A stretch of DNA of 64,000 nt from Babesia bigemina. Taxonomy: Eukaryota. Positions 23,163 to 35,382 of this stretch are shown piece by piece. The DNA is taken from contig NC_027217.1 in the NCBI RefSeq assembly GCF_000981445.1, positions 620,001 through 684,000 on the forward strand, in the 5' to 3' direction. The position numbers were made by a program, and so were the translations under genes. Position 1 is the first letter of the stretch. Each line of letters starts with the position of its first letter. The notes under the pieces were generated by a model. It was not told where the DNA came from, did no database searches, and saw only the letters and a program-made list of their open reading frames with translations.

Positions 23163-24030
23163 TTATCGGCGGCGTCCGTATGAGTCCGACCTGGAACGGT
23201 GTCTGTGCTCGCGTTCGCGCTCACGACTGCGATCGATGCTCCGTCCCCTGCTGTACGGGCTTCGCCGACTCCTTTCACGTTCCCTTCCGTGCGAGCGCCT
23301 GCGGCGGTGGTGTGACCCGCTCCTGCTGCGGCTTCTGTAGTTGGGCCTCCACTCGCGGACGCGAATCTTCGCCTTCTCACCTGCGTCTGTTTAGAGGCGG
23401 CGCCTGCGGACGTACCCTCGTGGGACTTGAAGGTCGACCCGTCGAACTTGTCAATGGCGTATTCCATGTCGCTTCGTGAGTAGAAGGAAACTTCACCGAC
23501 GCCTCCGCGGAACACATCAGCGTGGGCGCACTCGCCGGCCTCCCTCATGTGGTCCTTCAGGTCTTGCCAACTGCCGCTGGGAGGGAGCCCAGTAACCTGC
23601 ACGCGCCGTTAAGACACACACCACGACATGGCGCGCAACGCTGGCTCGGCGGAAAGCCCACCGCCGCATCACCCGGCGGTAACGCGCAAACGCGAAACAG
23701 TGTACCCACCTCAATCAAGTAGCGGCCGCGGCGTGGAGGGCCGGGGCCACGCCTGCGGTTGCCACGCCCGTCGTCCTTAGAGCCGAAGGGGGTCTCCACG
23801 CGCAGACGTTTGCCAAGGAAATCAGCACCGTCCTTCTCCTTAATGGCGTCGCGTGCATCGCGCGGGTCCTCGAACTCGAGAAACGCGAACGCCGCGCCCC
23901 CGACGTTTTTCTTGAGCTCGCAGCTGGTCAGTTTTCCGAACTTCTGGAATTCGGCTTCGACGTCTTTAGGGCTGCACGTGTCCGGCAGGTTGCCGACGTA
24001 TACCCTGGCGGATTCCTCTGCCCCCCCCAT
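23163..24030 (-). CDS. SRSF1-like SR splicing factor (RRM + pseudo-RRM + RS tail), 3 exons
   Basis: [34 protein letters not shown] signature and an RS-rich tail ending YGRRR*. Confidence 0.93.
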
Positions 24031-24610
24031 GTTTGTCTACGGTGAAGTGGGTATGACACGTGGCCACTATATTCCGGGCTGAACGACCCGGTTGCAGTGT
24101 CGAATGACGCCAACCCGAGTGAGGGTTGTGCGACGGTGCCTGTGTGATGGGGTGCTTTCAAACTGCTATGTCTTGCCTGAGGCCCCCGGACACTCCCCGC
24201 CACGTATATTGCGGTTCTTACGCCGCTATTCTCAGATGTTTGTTCGCGCATTCGAGATTGGAATCTCGCTGCATTTCTCCGCAACGCCGCAGACGCGTGA
24301 CTTCGGCGGTGTTACGGCGCCCATTCTGCTGCACACAGACGTCAAAAGCGACACACGAATACCCCGTAGCCGCATACACGCCCATACGGGCCGCTTCTCG
24401 AAATTTGCGGCCGCCTTCGCCGCTGCGCAGTGCCACCGCTGTTCACTGAGGTCGGGCATTCCCGCGCGACTACGACCACGACTTCTTCACACAGTAGCCA
24501 CTTTATATACACGCAATCTTTCACAGCCGCTCCCGTGTAGTTGGCTGGCATTCGCAGCGCGTTCGCCTAGCCATGTGCGGCAGTCCGCTGACCAGTGATC
24601 ACTTTTGACC

Positions 24611-27600
24611 ATGGCCGACACGAAACGCGACGTCGTGATCAATTACGACGAGGTGAAGCTGAAGCTTCAACAGCTCAACGCCCTTTTCGAGAATCCCGCG
24701 CTCTCGACGGCGAGCGTGATTTTCATCTGCACGGGCAAGACCCAGGGTGACGCCAGCGCTACACCTTCCGAGTTGCTACAGTAAGTTCGCGCCTGTCTAA
24801 CGGCGGTTCGGTGTGTGTGTCGACCTGCCGTCGTTTTTCACACTCCTTCCCCCGGCGATTTGGCATCTCATCGCTGCGCAGGCTATGGCTGACTGGGTTC
24901 CAGTTCCCGGAGACGCTGTTTGCGTTCTCGCGGGATGGGACGTGGTACATCTTGACTTCTCCGAAGAAGGGTTGGTTTGCGTCGTCGGAGGCCTCAGCGC
25001 CGCGCAGCGATGTACCTGGAGCCCATACGGCAGCACCACGAGAAGCTGGTCATTATGCAGCGGTCCCCCGATAAGTCGGACGCGGAGCAAGTGTCGGGGA
25101 TATTCGAGAAGTTCACGGTGGGTTAGGGCTGTTGCTGATAGCGGATGCGGCGTCAGGACCCGGTTTTGGGCGTGATTGATGGCGCCAAACCCACGGGCGC
25201 TTTTTCGGACAAGTGCCTCGAGGCCGTTGCCTCCTTCGCAACCGTCGACGTGACCTTTGAAATCACCAACATGATGTGCATCCGCACGAAGGTGGAATTG
25301 GTTAGTGCGCACCTCTGAGAATCCAACGTGCTCCTAGGAGGCGCAGAAGCAGGCTGCGCAGTTCGCGTGTGCCGTCATGAAGTCCCAGCTGATCAACCAG
25401 ATCGAGAACATCCTCGACTCCGAGGCCAAGAAGGCGCACTCGAAAATAGTCTCCGAGGCGTTGAACGTGCACACGGACATCAAGTTCCTGGAGAAGATGC
25501 AGAAGAAGTACAACATGAACCCCGCGGAGACCGAGGTGATATACAGCAACGTCCAGAGTGGCAACTCGTTCAACCTCGGCATCGGCGTGCCGCCCGACGA
25601 GTCGACGCTCTCCCACAGCCCCGGTGCCATCATAGTCTCGGTCTGCTCCAAATACTCGGAGCTGTGCGCGTGCATCACCCGTACCCTGCTTCTCGACGGC
25701 ACAGCGGTGGGTAGTGCGCGTGATTCCCTCATTCCGCCGCAGAAGCACAAGGACGCGTACGCCTTTGCGCTCAAGGCATTCGACTACGCGCTGAGCAAGA
25801 TCAAGCCCGGCGCGACGTTCGGTTCCGTCTACGACGAGGTGCACAAGTATGTGGTGAAGGAGAAGCCGGAGTTCGCGGACAACCTGCTGCGTTCCTTGGG
25901 GCACACCATGGGCCTCGAGTTCAAGGACGCCAAATTCACGCTCGTGAGCGGAAACGACAAGTGCACAATCGCGAGCGGCATGGTGTTCCACGTTTCCCTG
26001 GGGTTCGGCCACCTGGTTGAGGGCGGCAAGGAGTTTGCCGTGTGGATCGGCGACACCGTGGAGGTGACGCCGGAGGGGGCCGTGGTTCTGACTGCCAACG
26101 TTAGCAAGAGCCTGGAGAACATATCGTATGAGCTGGAGGAGGAAGAGGAGGAGCAGGTGGAGACCTCCGCGTCCAAGCCCCAGAAGCAGCCTGGTGTGTC
26201 CTCCGAGTTGCTTCGGGACGCTGACAGCGTGATACTGAAGGAGCGCCTGCGCCGCCGTGACCGCGGCGGCCAGAACCAGGTGTCCGAGGCCGAGATGAAG
26301 GCGCGCTTGGACCGCCAGCTGCAGCTCCGCAAGGAGAAGGTGGCCGCCATAGTCGAGCGCGTGAAGGCCGAGGGCGGGCTGGCGGGCACCGCCAAGCAGC
26401 GCTCCGTCGTGAAGATGGACAAGATGCGCAGCTTTTCCTCGCCTAACTCCTTCTCCACCGACCTTGTGCCGCGGCAGGTATGTTTACACGATCCCGAGCT
26501 TCACGTCCCGCCCAGATTTACGTCGACGTCCGCAACGAGGTCATCATGCTGCCCATCAACGGCTACCACCTGCCCTTCAGCATCATGACCGTCAAGAACG
26601 CCTCCTGCAACTCCGACGACAACCAGACGTACACCTTGCGTATCAACTTCCAGGTCCCCGGCTCTCACACCTTCAGCTCCAAGACCGAGGTCAACCCGCT
26701 GCCCGATTTGAACCACGAGAACGCGATATTTGTGAAGGAGGTCCTGTACCGCTCCTCCGACTCCAAGCACCTGCAGAACGTGTTCCGCTCCATCAAGGAA
26801 CTGATCAAGCAGGTCAAGCAGCGCGAGACGGACGCCGACGCCCATTTGGTGCTTGCCGAGCAGGAGAAGCTGCAGCTGAACAAGACCGGCCGCCGCATCG
26901 TGCTTAAGGACCTGATGGTGCGCCCCAACATCCACGGCGCTAGGCGCATCATCGGGTTCCTGGAGGCCCACCACAACGGGCTGCGCTACGTGGTGAACAC
27001 GCGTGACCGTGTCGACCACATCGACATCTCCTACTCCAACGTCCGCCACGCCATCTTCCAGCCGTGCGAGCGCGAGTTGATTGTTTTGCTACACTTCCAC
27101 CTCAAGTCCCCCATTATGGTGGGCAAGCGCAAGTCGATAGACGTGCAGTTTTACTGCGAGGTGGGCACGCAGATCGACGATCTGGACAACCGCCGCGGCC
27201 GCTCGTACAACGACCCTGACGAGGCGCTGGAGGAAATGCGCGATCGCGAGATGAAGCGCCGCTTGAATGCGGACTTCAAGCAGTTCATGACGCAGCTGCA
27301 GGAGATGTCCAGCCTGGTGTTCGACATGCCCTACCGCGAGCTGATGTTCAGCGGCGTGCCGTCCAAGTCCAATGTGGTGATCTTCCCCACGGCCCACTGT
27401 TTGGTGAACCTGGTCGAGTGGCCGCCGTTCGTCTTGACGCTGGACGACGTGGAGATAGTCTCCCTGGAGCGTGTGCAGCACGGCCTGCGCAACTTCGACA
27501 TGGTGCTCGTGAACAAAGACTACTCGAAGCCCGTCCGCCGCATCGACCTGATCCCGGTGGAGTACCTGGACACCTTGAAAAGCTGGCTCAACGAGCTCGA

Positions 27601-27982
27601 CATGGTCTGGTACGAGGGTAAGAACAACCTGCAGTGGACTAACATCCTGCGCACGATCCTCGAGGACGTGGACGCCTTCGTGGAGAACGGCGCCTTCGAC
27701 GGCTTCCTTGGCGAGTCCGAGGGCGAAGACGAGTCGGTGGACGACGAGGACGAAGAGTACGAGCACGAGTCAGACGAGGAGGTGGAGGAGGACAGTGAGG
27801 AGGAGTACAGCGACGAGGACGAGTCCCTGGCGGACGAAGATGAGGAGGATGACGAGGAAGCGTACGACGAGGAGGAGGAAGAGGGCCTCTCATGGGACGA
27901 GATGGAGGAGTTCGCCAAGAAGGAAGACGACCGCCACCGCTACGAGGACGACTCGCACCATCGGCGCAAACGTCGTCGTTAG
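24611..27982 (+). CDS. SPT16: FACT complex subunit SPT16, multi-exon
   Basis: Peptidase-like N-terminal domain, LRINF, LEAHHNGLRY, FQPCERELIVLLHFHLK, VSLERVQHGLRNFDM and an acidic C-terminus with GLSWDEMEE. Confidence 0.95.
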
Positions 27983-28259
27983 GGCGCCTCGTTACGGTGC
28001 TTTCGCTTTATTGGTGCGGCTACGTGGTCCGTCCATGCAGCGGACGTGGTTGAGGGTGTGCCGCCGCTGAGCCCTGACGGCTATTCTCCACACATGTGGC
28101 GTCATTGGCATCCTTGCGGCCGGACGTTCAGGCCGTCGTCGCCCCTGAGCCTCCGCAGTCCGACCGCGTGACCCCTACATAGACACCGGCACGAATCGCG
28201 CCCGTGGCGCGCCTAATCGCTCACACATTACGTTAATGGCTGCTCATTTTTAACCGCAG

Positions 28260-29543
28260 ATGTCAGACAGCGCGCCCCCGCCGACGGATGGCGGAGGCGA
28301 GTCTGACGTTGCCTTCCGTCTGGAATGCTACGGCGCCGGCGACAGCCGTGTGCTGCGCTACTTCAACGGCGCGATTATCCGCGAGGCTGCCTTGAAGGAC
28401 TACTTCAGCGCGCGTGCTGAGCACGCGCTCTCGGAAGACGCGAGCCTGGACGCCGTGATCGCGCGCGGCAACCACGAGAACTGGCACATCGCCGCCTCCA
28501 CCATCTGCGTGGCCGCCAGCATATGGGCGCAGAAGAGCAACCCGGTCGAGTGGGACGAGGCGCGCGTCTACCAGCAGAACGCCAACCAGGTGTTCGCCAA
28601 GGCTCATGCGCTGCTGGACTGCCTGCAGTCGTCCCGCCGGCTGCGGCTGGGACACACCGTCGCCTCGCAGGAGTGCAACAGCCAGGTGGTGAAGTACGCA
28701 ATACACAGCCGCAACACGCGGCTGCGGGAGTGCGCCGCGAGGGCGCGTGAGCTGCACGATGTGCTGTCCCGCTCGCTGCGGCTACAAGTGAACTTTCTGC
28801 AGGTCCTGTCGGCCATCAGGTCGCAGTTCAAGGTGCTCATCAACGCGCGCAACCTGGTGGACGTCTCGTCCTTCGACGTGGACTACCCAGCCAGCTTCTC
28901 GGTGTTCGTGGTGTTCTACGACATGGCCCTCCAGACCGACGACGGGGAGTCCCGGGTGTGGGAGTCGTGGGACGTCCACAAACTCTCGGCGCCGGGCGCG
29001 CCGCAGCAGTGCCTGCTGTCGTACTACGAGGACACGGGGCCGGGCGACGGCCTGATGACCAAGATGACCTTTCCCACGGCGGTGTCCTTCTTCATCGAGC
29101 ACGACTTCGCGCTCACGGTGAACGGCGCCCACGTACCCGTCTACATGCGAGAGGACCACAGCCCGGTGGTGTACCGCCTGCGCGCGGCCCAGATGTGCCT
29201 CATCGACCGGTACATCTTCCTCACGCTGTGCCAGGCGGCGCTGGAACCGCTGCGGTCGCAGCAGGCGATCGCCGTCAACGGCGTCGATGTGTTCATCCAG
29301 AGCATGACGTCGGAGCGCATCTCATTCTCAATCGACGCCCAAGTGGTCGCCGTGCGCTACGCGGCCGCCGCCGGCCAGGAGACTGGCGACGTGACCTGGC
29401 GCCTGGCCGTGACCAAGCTCAGGGACCTTGCCATACAGAACTGGAAGCGCCAGCTGTACCAGCGCGAGGCCGACACACCGTGCCTGCTGTTATCGTTTTT
29501 GAGTTACGTGACCAACTTGCTCTCTAAATTCTCGGCCCCGTAG
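28260..29543 (+). CDS. Hypothetical protein, 427 aa; candidate Mediator subunit Med17
   Basis: Single long ORF with coding bias. Several segments resemble Med17 conserved blocks (see findings). The confidence is for the CDS; the Med17 identity is less certain. Confidence 0.7.
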   Translation: [427 protein letters not shown]

Positions 29544-29663
29544 CCGCCAGCGCGCTCCCCACCACCTGCGGTGCCCAGACGCGGGCCCCACCCTGCTGCC
29601 TCGGGCGGATTGCCGCGCTGCTCACTAGATTGGCATCCGTGGGTGTATATATTAAATTTAAAG

Positions 29664-30295
29664 ATGGTGGGGAGTTACCGTAATTACAGCAAGACCTTCA
29701 GGAATCCTAAACGCCCGTTCGAGAAGGTTGGTGGCCCGCTGCCCTCCGTGTAAACGTTTGCTCAGGAGCGTTTGGACCAGGAACTCAAGCTTATCGGTGA
29801 ATATGGTCTCAAGAACAAGCGCGAGGTGTGGCGTGTTCAGTACGTGCTGTCGAAGATCAGGTCGGCGGCGCGTTACCTGCTGACCTTGGACGAGAAGGAC
29901 ACCAAGCGTCAATTCCAGGGTACGGTGTGCGTTCCCGGCGCTCACAGTTTTTTCCAGGTGATGCCCTGCTGAGGCGTATGGTGCGCTATGGCCTTATGGG
30001 TGAGAACGAGCAGAAGCTCGATTTCGTGTTGGGTCTGACGCTCAACAAGATGATGGAGCGTCGCCTGCAGACCAAGGTCTTCAAGCTGGGCCTCGCCAAG
30101 TCGATCCACCACGCTCGCTGCATGATTCGCCAGCGCCACATCCGCGTGGGCAAGCAGATCGTCGACATTCCGTCGTTCATGGTCCGTGTGGACTCGGAGA
30201 AGCACATCGACTTCGCACTCACATCCCCGTTCGGAGGCGGTCACCCTGGTAGGGTCCACCGCAAGACCCTCCGCGGCGGTTCGTCTGAGGAGTAA
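29664..30295 (+). CDS. RPS9: 40S ribosomal protein S9 (uS4), 3 exons
   Basis: [31 protein letters not shown] and [21 protein letters not shown]. Confidence 0.97.
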
Positions 30296-30369
30296 CTCCC
30301 TTATAAAACCTTCGTGTTCATTGCGTTGCCACCCCATAAGCCGCGTCCGGGCGCGTTCACTTGTAAAAG

Positions 30370-30903
30370 ATGCAGCACCCGTACCCGCCGCGCTACCAGG
30401 CGCCTTCTCCGATGCGCTATGTGCGCAAACACCAGCAGGCGTACCGCCCGCTGCCGCCCTCCTACGACACCAGGGGTGTGTTGTCGTTGATGCGCGCCTG
30501 AATGACTTCGTGCAGAGCGTGTACCCTACTCCCGCCCGGTGCAGCGGATGGACTACGGTTATTCCCGCATGCCGCCGAGCCCGCATGGAGAGCCCCGGTA
30601 CTACGAGCGACGCGACCTACAGGACCAACGCAGGCGCTACGTGGATCAGCCCAGGCGTCCGATGGCCCACTACGAGAACCGGCGCCGCCCCCAACATTTT
30701 AAGCGCAACCGTGTTGTGCAAAAAAACGCCGCAAAAGAGGCGAAGACAAAGAACGAGCTGGTAGGTCGACGACGACACGTCACACACACCGCCTTCCGCA
30801 GGATATGGAATTGGACAAATACATGGGCAACGACGCCATTAAGAGCCGCCTGGACGACCAGCTGGCAAACTATTTCGCGGAAGGCAACAAGGAGGAAGAG
30901 TGA
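30370..30903 (+). CDS. R/P/Y-rich protein with C-terminal FoP-duplication-like motif, 3 exons
   Basis: After splicing it ends KTKNELDMELDKYMGNDAIKSRLDDQLANYF, the doubled LD.ELD.YM motif of CHTOP/ALYREF-type UAP56-binding proteins. Confidence 0.75.
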
Positions 30904-30909
30904 TCACGA

Positions 30910-32005
30910 TTACGCGGCATGCGCCCCGGCGTTGAAGAGTGTTTCGTACCGCCTGGTGCCGCCCCGGTGGTCCCTGACCACAGCCGGCCGCAGCACAGCG
31001 TTGTGGAGGTCGGCGTTTAGCATGTAGCTTTCGAGCTCCACTCCACGTTGGTGCACGTATTCTTCCACGGCGACGAACGCCTCAAGTGCCAACTCGGCAG
31101 CGCGCTTCGCGGTCAAGAGCATCAACGGCGCAGGCGTGTGGTACAGCCTGCTCCACAGACCGTACACGTGCGGCTGCCACATCAGCTTCGACCTCAGCAG
31201 CGCGAGCACGATATCGATCACGACGTGCCGCACGGCCGCTGCTGCGCCGGCCACCAGCAACGCGGTCACGACGCGCCGAAGCTTCCAGTTGTAGCTCAGA
31301 TACGCCAACAACGTCGTCTGAACAGTAATATGATGTTGCATAAAGGCGTACCGCCAGGGACGCATGCGCGTACAGCTTCTCCACGTCCGACATGGTGGCG
31401 CCCGGGAACAGCCGGTTGAGGTTGGATGGCTGCAGGCGCAGGAGTCCATTGAGAGCCTCGACGGCGACGTATTCGCACGGAGTCGTGTCGTCCCGGTCCG
31501 TGCGCGGGCGCACTAGGACCGTTCCGGGCGGCACGTCAGCTAGGATCGCACACTGTAGCGGTGCTGCTTCCGTGCTCACTGCGATGTCCCATTCGAATTC
31601 CTTCCGCTGCACAACACATTGCCATTTATGGCGTCAGCGCCGTACCTTAGGTTGTCCGCGTGGAATCTCCGTTCCCTTTGTAGACAGGTCCTTCAGCGCC
31701 GGCAGCAGCAGCTCCCGGAGGATCCTGTCGTGCTGCTTGGCGTAGAAGGCAATCGCTGCATCGAGATCGGGGTTCTGTGCAGCGATCTTGCGATGTTTGG
31801 CCCTCGATTTATTCTCAGACACGCACGGTCCGCTGAGCGCAAGCTCGCGCGTGACGGCCAGCGCGATTGCGCCGCGGCTCAGCGGGACTACATTAGGGCG
31901 CAGAGGTAAGGTCGGTGCGACGGTTCTGCGCAGGATTCCTGCGCAATCAGCCGCGTGGAGCGCCAATGCGTACACCAGCAGCTTCCATGTACACGTGATT
32001 CTCAT
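30910..32005 (-). CDS. Hypothetical protein with signal peptide and basic leader (possible apicoplast targeting), 3 exons
   Basis: MRITCTWKLLVYALALHAADCAG followed by an R-rich segment. Three ORF pieces join through GT-AG introns near 31610-31645 and 31320-31350. Confidence 0.65.
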
Positions 32006-32044
32006 AGATACATTACTATTACAATGTGTTCAAATGCTGCTCAC

Positions 32045-35000
32045 TCAGGTGGCTTCTCCCCAAATGTTGTTGTCGAATTCCGTAACGGTGTACGTTTCGG
32101 CGTCCCTGATGGGTTGCGAGCTCTCGTCGCCCCCAGCGTAGTCGCCTGGGTCAGCCTCGAAGCCGGGGCCCTTGTTCCTGCGAAAGATTTGTGCGACGGA
32201 TGTTGGTGACTCACTTTTTGTACATGGCGTACCCGCCTCCTGCGCCAAGCAGGAGAAGGCCTAGCAAGGCGCCTCCCGCAATCTTCGTCGTGTTGCTGCT
32301 CGACCGGCCTGCGACAGAGTTAGCGTTTCGGGAGTGCCAAACTTACTGCTACCGCCCTCGGTAGATTCTTCATCGCTTTCGTTATCAGCAGCTGCACGTG
32401 GATGCGATTTGTGGTTGCGCTCACATACCTTTCACTGGCGGGACGTATTCAGTCGCTGCGCTGTCACTCAAAACGTGGAACCCATGAAGTGAGTTATCGC
32501 CGTCATCGGATGATGAATTTTCACCGGTTGTCGCGTTTTCTCCACCAGATGTCGTGCCTTCGTCACCAGATGTGTCTACATCACCAGTTGTCGCGCCTTC
32601 GTCACCAGATGTGTCTACATCACCAGTTGTCGCTCCCTCTTCATCAGATGTTATGTCTGATCCAGAGGTAGGAGTCGGCTCGCCGGAGCCTGGGTTGCTG
32701 TTCGCGCTGAGCTCTTGCTTCAGCCTTTCCTCGGCTTCACGCTCCTTCTTATGCTGCTCCTCCAGTTCCCGTCTGAGGTCTTCCTCGCGCTCCTCCTCGA
32801 GCTCGCGCCTCATTTCCTCCTGGGCTGCCAAATCCGTTTCCTCAGGCGTCATATCGCTCATGTCGGCATCATTCAATCCCTCATAACCGGACGGATGCTG
32901 CGGGGTGCTGCCGGTACTCGTGTTGTGCTCCAGGCTGGTGCCACTGCCAGTCATTTCGCCCATGTCGCTCTCGTCTTCCCTGCCTAGGTCTGACGTTGGG
33001 AAGCTGCTACCGTCACTCATGGGGTCCATCTTTGTGTCGGTTTTGAACTTGTGGGAACCGTAGTCGGGATCAAGGGTCGATCCACCTGTCACGTCAACGG
33101 AGTCTTCAGATGGGCTTGCGGGCTCTGTTGACATCATACCAGACCTAGAGTCAAGTTCTGAGTCGGTCATGTCACCTCTTGTAGCTCCCGATGACATCGG
33201 TTCAGGTGTCGAGTCGGACGATGCCACTCGTGATGTGGTCGACGAACCGTTGATGTCATTGACACTCAGGGGGTCCATCTTCGTTTCGGTTTTGAACTTG
33301 TGGGAACCGTAGTCAGGATCAAGGGTAGATCCACCGGGCACGGTAACAGAGTCCTTAGATGCTTTGCCGGGCTTCGCTGGTACGCTAACGGACCCAGAGT
33401 CAAGTTCTGAGTCGGTCATGTCACCTCTTGTAGCTCCCGATGACATCGGCACAGGTTTCGAGTCGGACGACTTCCCTCCTGGTGTGGTCGACGAACCGTT
33501 GATGTCATTGACACTCAGGGGGTCCATCTTCGTTTCGGTTTTGAACTTGTGGGAACCGTAGTCGGGGTCAAGGGTAGATCCACCGGGCACGGTAACAGAG
33601 TCCTTAGATGCTTTGCCGGGCTTAGCTGGTACGCTAACGGACCCAGAGTTGACTTTGGGCACTGACGGTGACTGCGGTGTCTTCTTGCCGCCCGATGACA
33701 TCGGCACAGGTTTCGAGTCGGACGACTTCCCTCCTGATGTGGTCGACGAACCGTTGATGTCATTGACACTCAGGGGGTCCATCTTCGTTTCGGTTTTGAA
33801 CTTGTGGGAACCGTAGTCGGGGTCAAGGGTAGATCCACCGGGCACGGTAACAGAGTCCTTAGATGCTTTGCCGGGCTTAGCTGGTACGTTAACGGAACCA
33901 GAGTTGACTTTGGGTTTTGACGGTGACTGTGGTGTCTTCCTGCCGCCCTCTGGGCTGGAGTTCGGATCTACTGCCGTCCGGCGCACTTTCTGTGATGAGT
34001 CAGTGACAACCACCGGCTTCTTTGTTGTGGGTGGCGACTTGGCCAACCTAGCATTGTCCTTTTCCCCAGCGGTAGGATCCATGTCTCCCCTGAGCCTGAC
34101 TTGGCTAGACGAATCGTCCTTCACGTGCGTAACTTTCCCAGGCGTGGGTTTCCTTGGTAGAGGCTTGATCGGGGCACTCGGCTGTTGCGGCCGAATCTGT
34201 CTGTCTGATTTCGCTGAGTCTACCTTATGCTGTGGCGTCTGCGAGGCACCTGCGCCGGATGAATTCCCGTTGTTCTGCTTGCGTCTATCGCACTTGATGT
34301 CCTTATCCGCAGGCACGTCGCCAGATTTATGTTTGGTGCATGATGCAAAGGTGCCGTAGGACTCATCGTATGACCCGTCAGCAAGTCTGCCGGTTAACAT
34401 CGGCGCCGGCATGTCATGTCCAGGAGCGGAAACGTTGGCGCATTTGCCGACGCAACTCTCGCTTTGCGGCGGGGTGAGCATCTCTTGATCCTTGCACGTA
34501 CGGCCCAGTTGCCCGTTCGTGCCCATGATTGGCTTCGTTATGGTTTCCAGTGTTCGCAAGGTACGCGTGCGCGTCCCGGTGGCGTTGCATGGCGCATTGC
34601 ACTCTGACCAGTCCGACCACACCGGTCTGCAGGTGGCGTCTTGGGGAAGCGTGTCACAGACCTCTTTCATGAGCCCGTGGAATATGTTGATCATCTCCTT
34701 CCAGTTAGTGTGCTTGAACATTGGGCAATCCATGACGCCGTCACAGCCCACAATACCGCGGCACTCCTCGATCCTAGCATCGCCAACACCGACAACCATC
34801 ACATTGACGCCCTCGTCACGGATCATGGCGGCCTCCTGCGCTGTGAGGTCGGAGTCCGAAGAAAGGCCATCAGTGACGAGCAGAAGCGCCTTAGGGACGT
34901 TTTTGCGTCCGTAGGGCAGCACCGCCTTCCTGACGAACGAAAGCGCGTTACCAGTGTAGGTCATGCCAAACGCGGGTTTGGAGTCACGCATCTCGTGCAG

Positions 35001-35382
35001 GCGCTTAATGGCCAATTGCGTGTTGCTGGCCTCCTTGTCGAGGAACGTGAAAATCGAACGCGTGGGCGTCGAGTACGTCGTCAAGGAGATCCTGATGTCA
35101 CTGTTGTCGAGGTCAATCGTTGTAATGAGGTTCTCCAGGAATGGTATCATTCGACCATTCCAATCTTCTTTCGAGATACTGGCGGACTCATCGACGACAA
35201 TGGAGAAGTCCATTTGGCGCTTGCACGTTCTTGGAAGTTTGTCACCTGCGCGATGCTGTAGGCGGCATACGCGTTTAAAACTTACCATGCATTCTCGGAG
35301 CCGCTATCGGAGCGCCAGCGGCACAGTAAAGCACAAATTGCGCCAAAGGCGCAAGAAACAAAAGCGCGAAACAACCCCTCAT
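32045..35382 (-). CDS. TRAP1: Thrombospondin-related anonymous protein, TRAP1-type (signal peptide, vWA, TSP1, repeats, TM, acidic tail), multi-exon
   Basis: Exon 1 MRGCFALLFLAPLAQF; vWA with intact MIDAS DESAS; TSR WSDWSEC...GTRTR; TM KIAGGALLGLLLLGAGGGYAMY; tail ETYTVTEFDNNIWGEAT with subterminal Trp. Confidence 0.93.
32515..32650 (-). repeat. 39-bp tandem repeat (GATTGDVDTSGDE) in TRAP1
   Basis: tcaccagatgtgtctacatcaccagttgtcgc occurs twice at a 39-bp period, plus degenerate flanking copies. Confidence 0.85.
33020..33950 (-). repeat. About 250-bp coding tandem repeat (3 full copies + 1 degenerate) in the TRAP1 stalk
   Basis: GGSTLDPDYGSHKFKT occurs four times; equivalent positions at 33868, 33613 and 33364 give periods of 255 and 249 bp. 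Confidence 0.95.

Noticed and set aside
33020..33950. Repeat arrays (also 47940-48265) as CRISPR or mobile element repeats
   Set aside because: They are in-frame coding repeats within TRAP genes, with no unique spacers or cas genes, in a eukaryotic genome.
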